Notes: generated by a model from the sequence alone, not told the origin. A stretch of 64,000 bases of DNA from Candidatus Cloacimonadales bacterium (GCA_963678255.2 CAXXTW010000002.1:990260-1054259), one strand, 5' to 3'; positions 48,490-56,735 are shown, counted from the stretch's first letter. Numbers and translations are program-made.

Positions 48490-48753
48490 TTATAATACAA
48501 TTAGCATTTCATGCTGATCATTAACTGCCACAGCTTTTTGCTCGCAGGATGAACATAAGGTGAAAACATGTATCTTCCCATTCTTCTGGTTGATTTTCTC
48601 CAGTTGATTCATAAACCAATTTATATTCTTTGAGTTGATATTAGCTACAAAAACAGATTCCTGAATCCTTAAACCATGTTTTTCCAAAAACTTTGAGAGA
48701 CGATAACGAATCTTATCATTAGGGATGTCATATGCAATCACTCTTTTCATCAT
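48490..48753 (-). CDS. cas2: CRISPR-associated endoribonuclease Cas2
   Basis: 87 aa. The N-terminal VIAYDIPNDKIRYRLSKFLEKHGLRIQESVF pattern is typical of Cas2. Overlaps the cas1 stop. Confidence 0.9.
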   Translation of the reverse strand: MMKRVIAYDIPNDKIRYRLSKFLEKHGLRIQESVFVANINSKNINWFMNQLEKINQKNGKIHVFTLCSSCEQKAVAVNDQHEMLIVL

Positions 48754-51395
48754 TACCTCAACCGATAGGTTTTATATTCCACACCAAGAACAATGCTATT
48801 ATGCAAAGAACTGACAGTTTCATCCAATAATCCATAATGGGTCATAACTTTATCATGATATTTCAATACCTGATTCATTGACCATTCAAAACGATTGAGA
48901 AACTTTTTAAACCCTTCATTATTTAAACGAGTACATTTGCCACCATGTGTTGAAAAATCAACAAAATCTTCAGGCAGAATCTGATGATTATGGATCAGAT
49001 GCAGGATAACTCTTTCAGGAATAAAACGAAGTGGTTCCATAAGATCTGAAGCAAGGGCTTTATGTAAACCTTTCACTATATGATAAACACCCTCATAAGG
49101 ATAGTATCCTTTACTAATTAATACTTCACAAAGCCTGTTATATAGTAATGTATAACCCAGAGAGAGCATTGCATTAACAGGTCCCACAGGAGGATAGTAT
49201 TCTCTTTTCTCAAAAGGGAATGGGGTTGTCAGTTTTCTGAAATGCCGAAAATACTCTGCAGAGGCTGCTCCTTCTTTCCCACGAATAGAATCAATATTAT
49301 CCATATTTGAGATAGAGTTTAAAATTTCCTGTAACAATTCTGATTTTATCTCTCTCTTTTGAAGCATCATTTTCTGATTATGAATCTTGGCTTCAACGAT
49401 TGTTTTGATAAAATTCATAACAAAGTGATCATAATTGTTGCCTCTTCTCTCAACTAATTCTTTGATATTTATCCATTTGATTATATTGTGAAAAGCACCT
49501 TTGGGATTTCCTAATATATCAGAAAAGATAATTCCTTTTTGATACTCCAAAGCTTTTTTGATAACAGATGCACTAACTCTGGGCTTTCCAATGATTACCA
49601 GCCTTTGAATTTCCTTCCAGGGTATCTTTCTTTTTTCTGAATCCATTTCAATGACAAGCGTTTCCCCCTCCGTCCTGGCATAGGAGTTATAATAAGAAAG
49701 ATAAACAGGAATTCCACCCAATCTGTTTTTATCAAAAAGATGAGTCCAGGTAGGATCAGTATTTTCCTGACATTTAATAGATCTGGCTTCACCATTCTGA
49801 ACCAAATGACCTAAAAATTCAAAAGGAATATTCGGATCAACCTTGACAGTTTTATCAATAGACAGCTTTAAATCATATTTAATCAATACATTTTCTACAA
49901 ACTGAAGGATCTGATCATTATTTTCTTTACTGAGAATAAGAATATCGTCAGCAAAACGTACCATTCGAAAAGGTTTTTTTTGTAAATCCTGATCAAATCC
50001 AATCATATAGATATTCGACAATAAAGGAGACAGGGCATTTCCCTGATTTAACCCGATCTGATCCTCTGTGAAAATTTTTCGAAGAATGCCCAATAGGGGA
50101 TCAAACAGAAACAAAGCCTCTAATATCAGAAATATACTTTTTAAAGGGATACTGTCAAAAAAAGATTCGATATCAACTTTTACACCATATCTAAAGCCTT
50201 GATCATACAGTTCTTTCACTCTTTGCACAGCTTTATGGTAGCCCATTCCGCTTCGATAGGCATAAGAGTCTGAGGACATTAATTCATCACAGGAATTTGC
50301 TAATAATTTAGCTAAATTCTTAAAAACAAAGCGATCAGTGAAATTAAAAACACTTATTGTTCTATATTTGCCATTTTTCTTTTTTTTATGAAAAGTTTGA
50401 AATTCAGAGGGGATAAAGGTATTGTTTTTTAACTTTTCAATTAATTTATTGATATAATCCTCTTTATTTAAAAGCACATCATTCAGGTTAATGCCATCAA
50501 AATCAAGGCTTTCCTGATCCATGTCATTAAGATGCTCTTCTAAATAGGAATGGGTGGTCATCTGCAGAAATAGATTTTTAATAGATCTAAACTCATCATA
50601 AAAGATATCATTCTTTAATGATATTCTATACTGACCAAAACCAAAGCTTGTATTTTTTCCAATACCTGCTGTCTGCCCCCATACCAGCAATTGAATCAAC
50701 TCTTCTGAAAACCTGCCTTTTATAATCAAACTACCAATGATTCCACCTAAAGAATTTTTGTATGCCATATCCACCCAGATGAATTGCTTGTTCGACAGGA
50801 TATATTCAGTAGAAGATTGAAGTTTTTGTCCTGATTTAATCTCAATTATTCTGAGAAAATCATTAAAATTAAAGTAATCAGAATCATAGTATTTATGCCC
50901 CTTTTCTTTATCCTGATCAGGTCTTTTCAGCCTTAAAGGGCTGATGAAGATCACACGAATTTCATCTGATGAAGTTAATTTTTGAAGAGAGTTTTGATCA
51001 AGAGGAAAATTGTATTTCGTGGTTGGATTATTCAAATTTTCATTTGGATCAAGGGCCTTAATGAGTTCAACCGTTTTGTTAATAATGAACTGTCCGGATT
51101 TACCATAATTAACCTGTTCACCGGATTGAACAGCCTGAATCCAGGCTTGAATATTATCAGAAATATCTTCAGGGAAAAACATTAAAAGAGATATCTTGTC
51201 ACCTGGAAAGTATTCAATAATGCCCTTATTTACAGGCAGAATTTTAATGTTACTTTCAGAAAGAACATTAAGCTGAATATTATTCAACCAGGGTCTGATG
51301 GAATGACTTATTCCTGCATACCACTGAACTCCGCTATATAATAAAACATGATCTATTTTTTTTATGCACTTGAATTCCAGTTGAAGGCATTTCAT
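48753..51395 (-). CDS. cas1: Cas6-reverse transcriptase-Cas1 fusion protein. Start set at the ATG at 51395, after a GGAGAAGGGGGG RBS; the track's TTG start is at 51419.
   Basis: Cas6 G-rich loop GIGKNTSFGFGQY. RT motifs: RTISVFNFTDRF, YAYRSGMGYHKAV, VDIESFFDSIP, GLNQGNALSPLLSNIYM, VRFADDILILS. Cas1 region: NAMLSLGYTLLYNRL, ALASDLMEPLRF. Confidence 0.88.
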   Translation of the reverse strand: MKCLQLEFKCIKKIDHVLLYSGVQWYAGISHSIRPWLNNIQLNVLSESNIKILPVNKGIIEYFPGDKISLLMFFPEDISDNIQAWIQAVQSGEQVNYGKSGQFIINKTVELIKALDPNENLNNPTTKYNFPLDQNSLQKLTSSDEIRVIFISPLRLKRPDQDKEKGHKYYDSDYFNFNDFLRIIEIKSGQKLQSSTEYILSNKQFIWVDMAYKNSLGGIIGSLIIKGRFSEELIQLLVWGQTAGIGKNTSFGFGQYRISLKNDIFYDEFRSIKNLFLQMTTHSYLEEHLNDMDQESLDFDGINLNDVLLNKEDYINKLIEKLKNNTFIPSEFQTFHKKKKNGKYRTISVFNFTDRFVFKNLAKLLANSCDELMSSDSYAYRSGMGYHKAVQRVKELYDQGFRYGVKVDIESFFDSIPLKSIFLILEALFLFDPLLGILRKIFTEDQIGLNQGNALSPLLSNIYMIGFDQDLQKKPFRMVRFADDILILSKENNDQILQFVENVLIKYDLKLSIDKTVKVDPNIPFEFLGHLVQNGEARSIKCQENTDPTWTHLFDKNRLGGIPVYLSYYNSYARTEGETLVIEMDSEKRKIPWKEIQRLVIIGKPRVSASVIKKALEYQKGIIFSDILGNPKGAFHNIIKWINIKELVERRGNNYDHFVMNFIKTIVEAKIHNQKMMLQKREIKSELLQEILNSISNMDNIDSIRGKEGAASAEYFRHFRKLTTPFPFEKREYYPPVGPVNAMLSLGYTLLYNRLCEVLISKGYYPYEGVYHIVKGLHKALASDLMEPLRFIPERVILHLIHNHQILPEDFVDFSTHGGKCTRLNNEGFKKFLNRFEWSMNQVLKYHDKVMTHYGLLDETVSSLHNSIVLGVEYKTYRLR

Positions 51396-51636
51396 AGTCC
51401 CCCCTTCTCCTAACTTCAATTAGTTAAACAACAGAATTCAGTAAATCGCAGGATCTAAAAACATCTTTTGGTTTATAAATGTACAATGTACTTCCAGTTG
51501 CGTTTCTTCTGCTCATAAATGTTTCCGGAATATCATGTTACATATCGCAATCCATCATTTAACAATATAAAACTCAGCATCAACCTGATGTTCTCCCACT
51601 CACCAAATTACTTTTTTAAATTATAACTTCAACGAA

Positions 51637-51900
51637 GTTGAAGCCCCTGCAGCGCTTACAGGTCAATTCTACGAAAACGTAGTTTGTGAAAAATTAGAAA
51701 TAAATAAAAAAGTCGCAACCCCTGCAGCGCTTACAGGTCAATTCTACTAAAGAAATATCAATTCAGGCTGAAACAAGGAAAGGCATACTATAGTCGCAAC
51801 CCCTGCAGCGCTTACAGGTCAATTCTACGAATCAAAGGAGGGAACCATCTGAGATACGCAGAAAGTCGCAACCCCTGCAGCGCTTACAGGTCAATTCTAC
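51637..51900 (-). CRISPR. CRISPR array 2: 4 repeats, with the leader-distal one degenerate, and 3 spacers
   Basis: Same 36-nt repeat at 51712, 51793 and 51865, plus a degenerate copy at 51637 (gttgaagcccc...). Spacers are 39, 45 and 36 nt. Confidence 0.95.
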
Positions 51901-52020
51901 CGACTACCTTTTTTGTCCGCTCTGGGAGTGGGTTTGAAGGGTGCTTTGCGCGAACCTCAAAAAAAAGAGCAAAAAACACCCCTTTTTTTGAGTTTTTTCA
52001 ATAGGTCTGCGCAAAGCCAA
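51901..52020 (-). promoter_or_regulatory. CRISPR leader 2
   Basis: Near-identical copy of leader 1: cgactacctttttt..ccgctctgggagtgggtttgaagggtgctttgcgcgaacctcaaaaaaaagagcaaaaaacacccctttttttgag... Confidence 0.6.
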
Positions 52021-52415
52021 TTTTCACAGTCTATAATGATCCCAAAATTACCTTTCCTGATAAACCAGTCAAGATAATTTTCTATCTAATGCATGAATGA
52101 TATTCCTGAATTTTGCTAATTACAGATATTATCGCATGTAAACCACATTCTTAGACTTTTAAGATCATCCATCCTGATATTATTTTCTGAATTCACAAAC
52201 CAGTCATTCATCATACTAATAAATCTAGCAAATTCATATAATTTAAAACATTCTTCCTTTCAGTTAATGGAAGTCAATCTTAGTTGATTGACATTCAACA
52301 TCTTCACATATATTTGCCATTTGATTCAAAATATACCCAAAATCAAACTTAATATTGATTTTGTAGTCATAAATTTTCCATATCATCATTTCAAAGGATT
52401 GTCAAATTAATTTTC

Positions 52416-52445
52416 AAAAAAAAACCCGGGTTTTCACCACGGGAC
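52416..52445 (-). terminator. Weak terminator candidate after the Gly-zipper gene
   Basis: Minus strand has CCCG...CGGG (a short stem) followed by a run of 9 T. Confidence 0.3.
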
Positions 52446-52485
52446 ATAAGATAATATGTTACTCTCAATTATTGTCTAACAAAAA

Positions 52486-53319
52486 TTAATTATCGAAAAT
52501 AGATTTAATAAATGAACAGATCCCTATTCCCACGCCAATAGTAACGGCAATTGGAGTAAGAACCACTGCACCTGTTGCGATTACCCCTGTTGCTCCTATA
52601 GTTGTAAGACCAGTGGCAATTGCCCCACCAGCAAATGTTCCTGCCGCACTTCCAGCTGCTGCTGATATTGCTCCTATTGATGCGCTTTTTGCTACACTAC
52701 CTGCAGCTTCTCCGATGGAGTGTTCTCCGTCAATAACACTTTTTATTTCACAAATAGCCGTTATACCTGCCGAAATTGCAGCACCACCGAAAGCACTTCC
52801 TTTTGCAGCAGTCTTACAGGCATTACCTATTCCCGACAATCCATTAACCCCTGCTTTAGCTGCTAATGCTGAAGTTGTATTTGTTGAGATACCAGATGAA
52901 GTGACTGTTTTTTTAATTCCTTCTTTAGTTAGTTTTTCTCCAATATTTTGGACGGTTTCTTTTGTACCAAAAATCTTTGCGGAATTGTACTGTCCTGATT
53001 TTATTTGCGAAACAACTTTCCCCACTGAAGCAGGAGTATCTTTAGCCTGAATTCGGCTGATGATTTTTCCGCCTTGTTTAACTACGACATCAACAGTTTT
53101 TGCATTAGTACTTTGAGTTAATTGAGCATTAATTCCCTTAATGATATTCAAAGGATTGGCATTAATTCCGTCTTTGATGAGAATTTCATGAATGATTCCT
53201 TTTAATTGTGGATTATTTCCTGCACGATTGAAAGCTTCAGCAATAACTTTTCCTTCATAACCACTTCTGACTGTATTGTTAACGGCACTGGTAAATTGAT
53301 CTTTAGTTCTGTTTTCCAT
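52486..53319 (-). CDS. Membrane protein with a soluble N-terminal domain (about 150 aa) and a Gly/Ala-rich glycine-zipper C-terminal region. Putative CRISPR-associated membrane effector.
   Basis: ATG at 53319, preceded by a GGGAGGG RBS and a sigma54 promoter. The C-terminus GAISAAAGSAAGTFAGGAIATGLTTIGATGVIATGAVVLTPIAVTIGVGIGI contains repeated small-xxx-small motifs. Confidence 0.6.
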   Translation of the reverse strand: MENRTKDQFTSAVNNTVRSGYEGKVIAEAFNRAGNNPQLKGIIHEILIKDGINANPLNIIKGINAQLTQSTNAKTVDVVVKQGGKIISRIQAKDTPASVGKVVSQIKSGQYNSAKIFGTKETVQNIGEKLTKEGIKKTVTSSGISTNTTSALAAKAGVNGLSGIGNACKTAAKGSAFGGAAISAGITAICEIKSVIDGEHSIGEAAGSVAKSASIGAISAAAGSAAGTFAGGAIATGLTTIGATGVIATGAVVLTPIAVTIGVGIGICSFIKSIFDN

Positions 53320-53352
53320 TTTCCCTCCCAAATATTTAATACCATTGTAATT

Positions 53353-53368
53353 TGCAGTACCTGTGCCA
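53353..53368 (-). promoter_or_regulatory. Sigma54 (-24/-12) promoter of the Gly-zipper gene
   Basis: Minus strand reads TGGCACaggtacTGCA, with GG/GC spacing identical to the consensus TGGCAC-N5-TTGCA. It sits about 35 nt upstream of the ATG at 53319, directly downstream of a sigma54-type activator gene. Confidence 0.6.
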
Positions 53369-53439
53369 TTTTATAAAGAAGATTCTAAATATTTTATTAT
53401 TATATAGTTATGTAATAATAGAATCAGATAAGCATAAAC

Positions 53440-53478
53440 TATAGATTGATAAAATACACTTAAAGTTTATAATCTATA
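53440..53478. promoter_or_regulatory. Candidate upstream activator site (imperfect inverted repeat)
   Basis: TATAGATTgATAAAa-N9-AGTTTATAATCTATA, centred about 95 nt upstream of the -24 element. The AT-rich context makes a chance occurrence plausible. Confidence 0.25.
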
Positions 53479-53507
53479 ACTCAAATTTTTACAAATAGTA
53501 ATATTTA

Positions 53508-55085
53508 TTACTTATCTTTGTTAGATGTTTTATTGTGGTAGTCTTTGAGCCATTTCGATAAAGCTTGTGGAGTTATTTTTAAGACTTCAGCGACAAGATT
53601 TTGTTTTCCATTATATTGATTGAGCAAACAGTTAATAGCTTTAAATCTTATTTGGGCAATTTCCTTATCTAAATCAATAAAATCATTTTTCTCCATAACA
53701 ATGTTTAAATCATCCTGTATTGGGAAATGTAGAGTATCTGGTAAATCAGTAAAGAAATCCTGATGAAATACATTTTGCTTTAAGACTGTTTTATTAATCA
53801 TAATGTCATCTGAATTAAAACAGCATCTTTTTATTACAAATTGTAATTCTCTAATATTTCCTTTCCAGAGGTATTTTTTTATAAACTCTTGACCTTCATC
53901 ATTCAACACTTTTTCTACATAAGATTTATTCATTTTTTTAAATTCATTGTTACATTTTGTAAGAATCTCTTTGGCTATTTCTATAACATCTGTGCGCGTT
54001 CTCAAAGGTGGCAGATCAATCACAACATCAGCCAGCCGATAATAAAGGTCTGGTCTGAGTTTTTGAGGACTATGAGTGGCAGATATAATTCTAACATCAA
54101 CCCCTATATCCTCTACAGAACCAACTTTTTTTATTTTTTTTTCCTGGATGGCTCTCAGTAGTTTGACTTGTGAAGTTTCAGGCAAATCACCGATCTCATC
54201 AATGAATAATGTCCCTCCGTTCGCAGACTCAATTAATCCAATTTTTTCTTTATCTGCACCGGTAAAAGCACCTTTGACATGACCAAATAATTCTGATTCT
54301 ATAAGAGTCTCAGAAATGGCGGAAATGTTAAATTCTACAAAGTTATTTTTTCGTTTTGTTGTTTTCTCATATATTTTTCTGGCATAGTATCCTTTTCCAG
54401 TTCCTGTTTCACCTAAAATTAAGACATTTACATTATTGTAACAAGAAAGTTTATCTACCATTAAATTAATAGCGTTTATCTTAGGATCCGAACATTCTTT
54501 ATTAATAAAATCAGTCATTTTTGAATCTATATCCAAATAAGATTCTTCATGCTTTTTTAAATTCTCTTTCATCCTCTTCAATTTGATATCCAACTCAAGC
54601 GGGATAACATATTTCTCACATTTTGTTACATCATTTTTTTTATCATACCAGGATTGAAGTAACGAGGCTCGATTTTTTGCTATGGAGATCAAAGTCCAAC
54701 AAACCTTCATAATATCTGTTCCTGATGTTGTGTTAAAACTGAGATCATCATCAATTTGAAGAAAACCCTCGTTATACAGATTAGTAATTGCATTTTCAGT
54801 CATTCTGAACACAGCATTTATATCTGCAGCATTGAATTTATCTGTTTGATAGCTTTCGATCTTTTTGTAAGGAAATGCCTTTCTCAATGCATCAAGATAT
54901 TCTTTAAAAGACTCATAATGCCAATTATCCTTCTTATTTTGCTGATCATCTAACACAATTACTTTTTGAAAATCAAAAGTATTTGAGAATAACAAAGCTT
55001 CCAGAGGTGCCATTCTATTTTTCATTTCAATTTTGGTTTCAAAGTCATGAAACCCCAACCAGGAGATTAAACAATTTTTTTGCAC
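53508..55085 (-). CDS. RtcR-like transcriptional activator: N-terminal CARF-type sensor domain, sigma54-interaction AAA+ domain, C-terminal helix-turn-helix (HTH)
   Basis: GTG start after an AAGAGG RBS. N-terminal CLISWLGFHDF and FNTTSGTDIMKVCWTLI parallel the E. coli RtcR ITTGTHVAQICWFLL segment. LILGETGTGKG (Walker A), ESELFGHVKGAFTGA, GGTLFIDEIGDL (Walker B). C-terminal QNLVAEVLKITPQALSKWLK (HTH). Confidence 0.8.
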   Translation of the reverse strand: MQKNCLISWLGFHDFETKIEMKNRMAPLEALLFSNTFDFQKVIVLDDQQNKKDNWHYESFKEYLDALRKAFPYKKIESYQTDKFNAADINAVFRMTENAITNLYNEGFLQIDDDLSFNTTSGTDIMKVCWTLISIAKNRASLLQSWYDKKNDVTKCEKYVIPLELDIKLKRMKENLKKHEESYLDIDSKMTDFINKECSDPKINAINLMVDKLSCYNNVNVLILGETGTGKGYYARKIYEKTTKRKNNFVEFNISAISETLIESELFGHVKGAFTGADKEKIGLIESANGGTLFIDEIGDLPETSQVKLLRAIQEKKIKKVGSVEDIGVDVRIISATHSPQKLRPDLYYRLADVVIDLPPLRTRTDVIEIAKEILTKCNNEFKKMNKSYVEKVLNDEGQEFIKKYLWKGNIRELQFVIKRCCFNSDDIMINKTVLKQNVFHQDFFTDLPDTLHFPIQDDLNIVMEKNDFIDLDKEIAQIRFKAINCLLNQYNGKQNLVAEVLKITPQALSKWLKDYHNKTSNKDK

Positions 55086-55094
55086 AAAGACCTC

Positions 55095-56735
55095 TTATAA
55101 AACTATCTGTATTATTAAATGTATCAAGTCCAAACCGATTTCCCTTTCGGGAGTTAAATGATTAAAATCTTCACCATAAACATTTTTTGCGATCGTATGA
55201 AAGATTGTATCTTCAATTAACAGGGATTTTTCGAAGTTAAGGATATCTTCCCATTTGTATTGATCGCTGTTTATTTTTCTCATGATATCATTATATAGTC
55301 GGGTTATTTTTAAAAAATGAAGAATATTTTCTCTGATTTTAAAATTCCCTAATTGAGACATCCCCCGATGTATGAAAAAGTTTCTTTCATCTCTAAATTT
55401 TTGATAATTTCCTGTATAAATTAAACGAAATTTCTGATAAATATTTTTATTTTGTTTTAAAAATAAGGGTTTAAACTTTAGATTAAATTCATCAATAAGT
55501 TTTTGAAATTCTTGATTATTCGGACTATCTATCAGTTTATCAATCAGATTTATATTTATATCCTGTTCGAAGCCATTAATCAGTATTTTTTTCTCTTTAT
55601 CTGTAAAGAGTGAAGGATCAATATGTTTTTTTATGATAAATCTGAAATACTGATCTTCCAAAGAAACCAAAAAGACCGAAGCGGTTATAAAATCATCTTT
55701 GTAGATTGAGGAAAAAAACAAGGAAAAAAGATTGTAAAACCAGTTTTCCTTATTTTCTTTAAAATCTTTGATTTTTTTAAATAAAGCTTCGATGTCATTA
55801 AGAACAGGTTGATTGAGCTCAGTATTGACATAATTCTTTAATAGATTGTATTTTCTATCCGCATCATAAAAATCGTTGTTTTTGACAGACTGTATTAATT
55901 CCTTAAGAATTGTATAATAACTGTTGGCGTTTTTTGTAATCTTTAAGTAAGAAGAACTTTCAGTAATATAAACCGGAATAAGGTTTGCATTAATGAAGCC
56001 TGTATAGAGAATATTTTCAACCGCTTTTTGCAACAGTGGCAGTCCTCCTGCATAAAGTGAAAGGAAAATATTGTTTTCTGAGTCATCCATCTCTGAGAAA
56101 TCGAACAAACTGATGATTTTATTATGAAACTGCCTGGTTAAATAATCAATATTGTTCAAATCAAAGGATTTCAGATAATTCATCATTTGAGATGACGTTT
56201 CTATCACAACATTATTAAAATCTTCCTCGAAAATCTCACCAATTGACAGGATATCCACATCATCAATTTTTATCTTGTGATAGTTAGTAATCTCATCCAT
56301 TTTCATGATTATAAGTTCTGCAGTTTGTTTTGATTTATCATTCTGAATATATTTATTAACAAGATCCTTTGCAAAATCTGAGCAATCCTTCCATTTCTGA
56401 TGAAGTGATTCCTCTTTTGCTTTATTTATTAAAGTGAGATTATTTCTTCTATCTGTGACAATTAAAATTAGCTTATGAATATGGTTTTTACTGTGAATAT
56501 CTTTCAAGGCACTTAGATTTTTACTCAACATGGGAAAATCTAAACCTTTTAAATCTAACTCTTTTGTTTCTAACTTTTCTTTTTTTGGATTGATCTCTAT
56601 ATTGGTTTGCAAAAAAGGTAAAGAAACAAGATCTTTGATGTTTGAATTATTTATCTCTATACGAGTCAAATTCCCCTCATGATCAACAACTCCCATGCAG
56701 TCCCTTTGTCCTATGGTCATAAATAAAAGATTCAT
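55095..56735 (-). CDS. Csx1/Csm6-like ancillary protein with a C-terminal HEPN RNase motif. The N-terminal sensor domain is possibly CARF.
   Basis: HEPN R-x4-H motif in the Csx1-like context ERNFFIHRG. N-terminal MNLLFMTIGQRD resembles the first CARF strand. Translationally coupled (TAATG) to the effector operon. Confidence 0.55.
   Translation of the reverse strand: MNLLFMTIGQRDCMGVVDHEGNLTRIEINNSNIKDLVSLPFLQTNIEINPKKEKLETKELDLKGLDFPMLSKNLSALKDIHSKNHIHKLILIVTDRRNNLTLINKAKEESLHQKWKDCSDFAKDLVNKYIQNDKSKQTAELIIMKMDEITNYHKIKIDDVDILSIGEIFEEDFNNVVIETSSQMMNYLKSFDLNNIDYLTRQFHNKIISLFDFSEMDDSENNIFLSLYAGGLPLLQKAVENILYTGFINANLIPVYITESSSYLKITKNANSYYTILKELIQSVKNNDFYDADRKYNLLKNYVNTELNQPVLNDIEALFKKIKDFKENKENWFYNLFSLFFSSIYKDDFITASVFLVSLEDQYFRFIIKKHIDPSLFTDKEKKILINGFEQDININLIDKLIDSPNNQEFQKLIDEFNLKFKPLFLKQNKNIYQKFRLIYTGNYQKFRDERNFFIHRGMSQLGNFKIRENILHFLKITRLYNDIMRKINSDQYKWEDILNFEKSLLIEDTIFHTIAKNVYGEDFNHLTPEREIGLDLIHLIIQIVL

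Noticed and set aside
47861-51864. Self-targeting spacers against the window (for example spacer 4 of array 1 versus the 292-bp repeat, which share aaaagact-like words)
   Set aside because: Only short low-complexity word overlaps were found, with no extended match. A proper database search is required.
52021-52485. Short minus-strand ORFs (41 and 32 aa) downstream of the Gly-zipper gene, considered as immunity or antitoxin genes or as pseudogene fragments
   Set aside because: They have no RBS, lie beyond the putative terminator, and have no recognisable motifs. They cannot be distinguished from chance ORFs in AT-rich DNA.
52613-53050. 145-aa plus-strand ORF rich in Ala and Pro
   Set aside because: It lies entirely antisense to the Gly/Ala-rich part of the 52486-53319 gene. 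GCN and GGN codons read as open frame on the opposite strand. It has no RBS or promoter.
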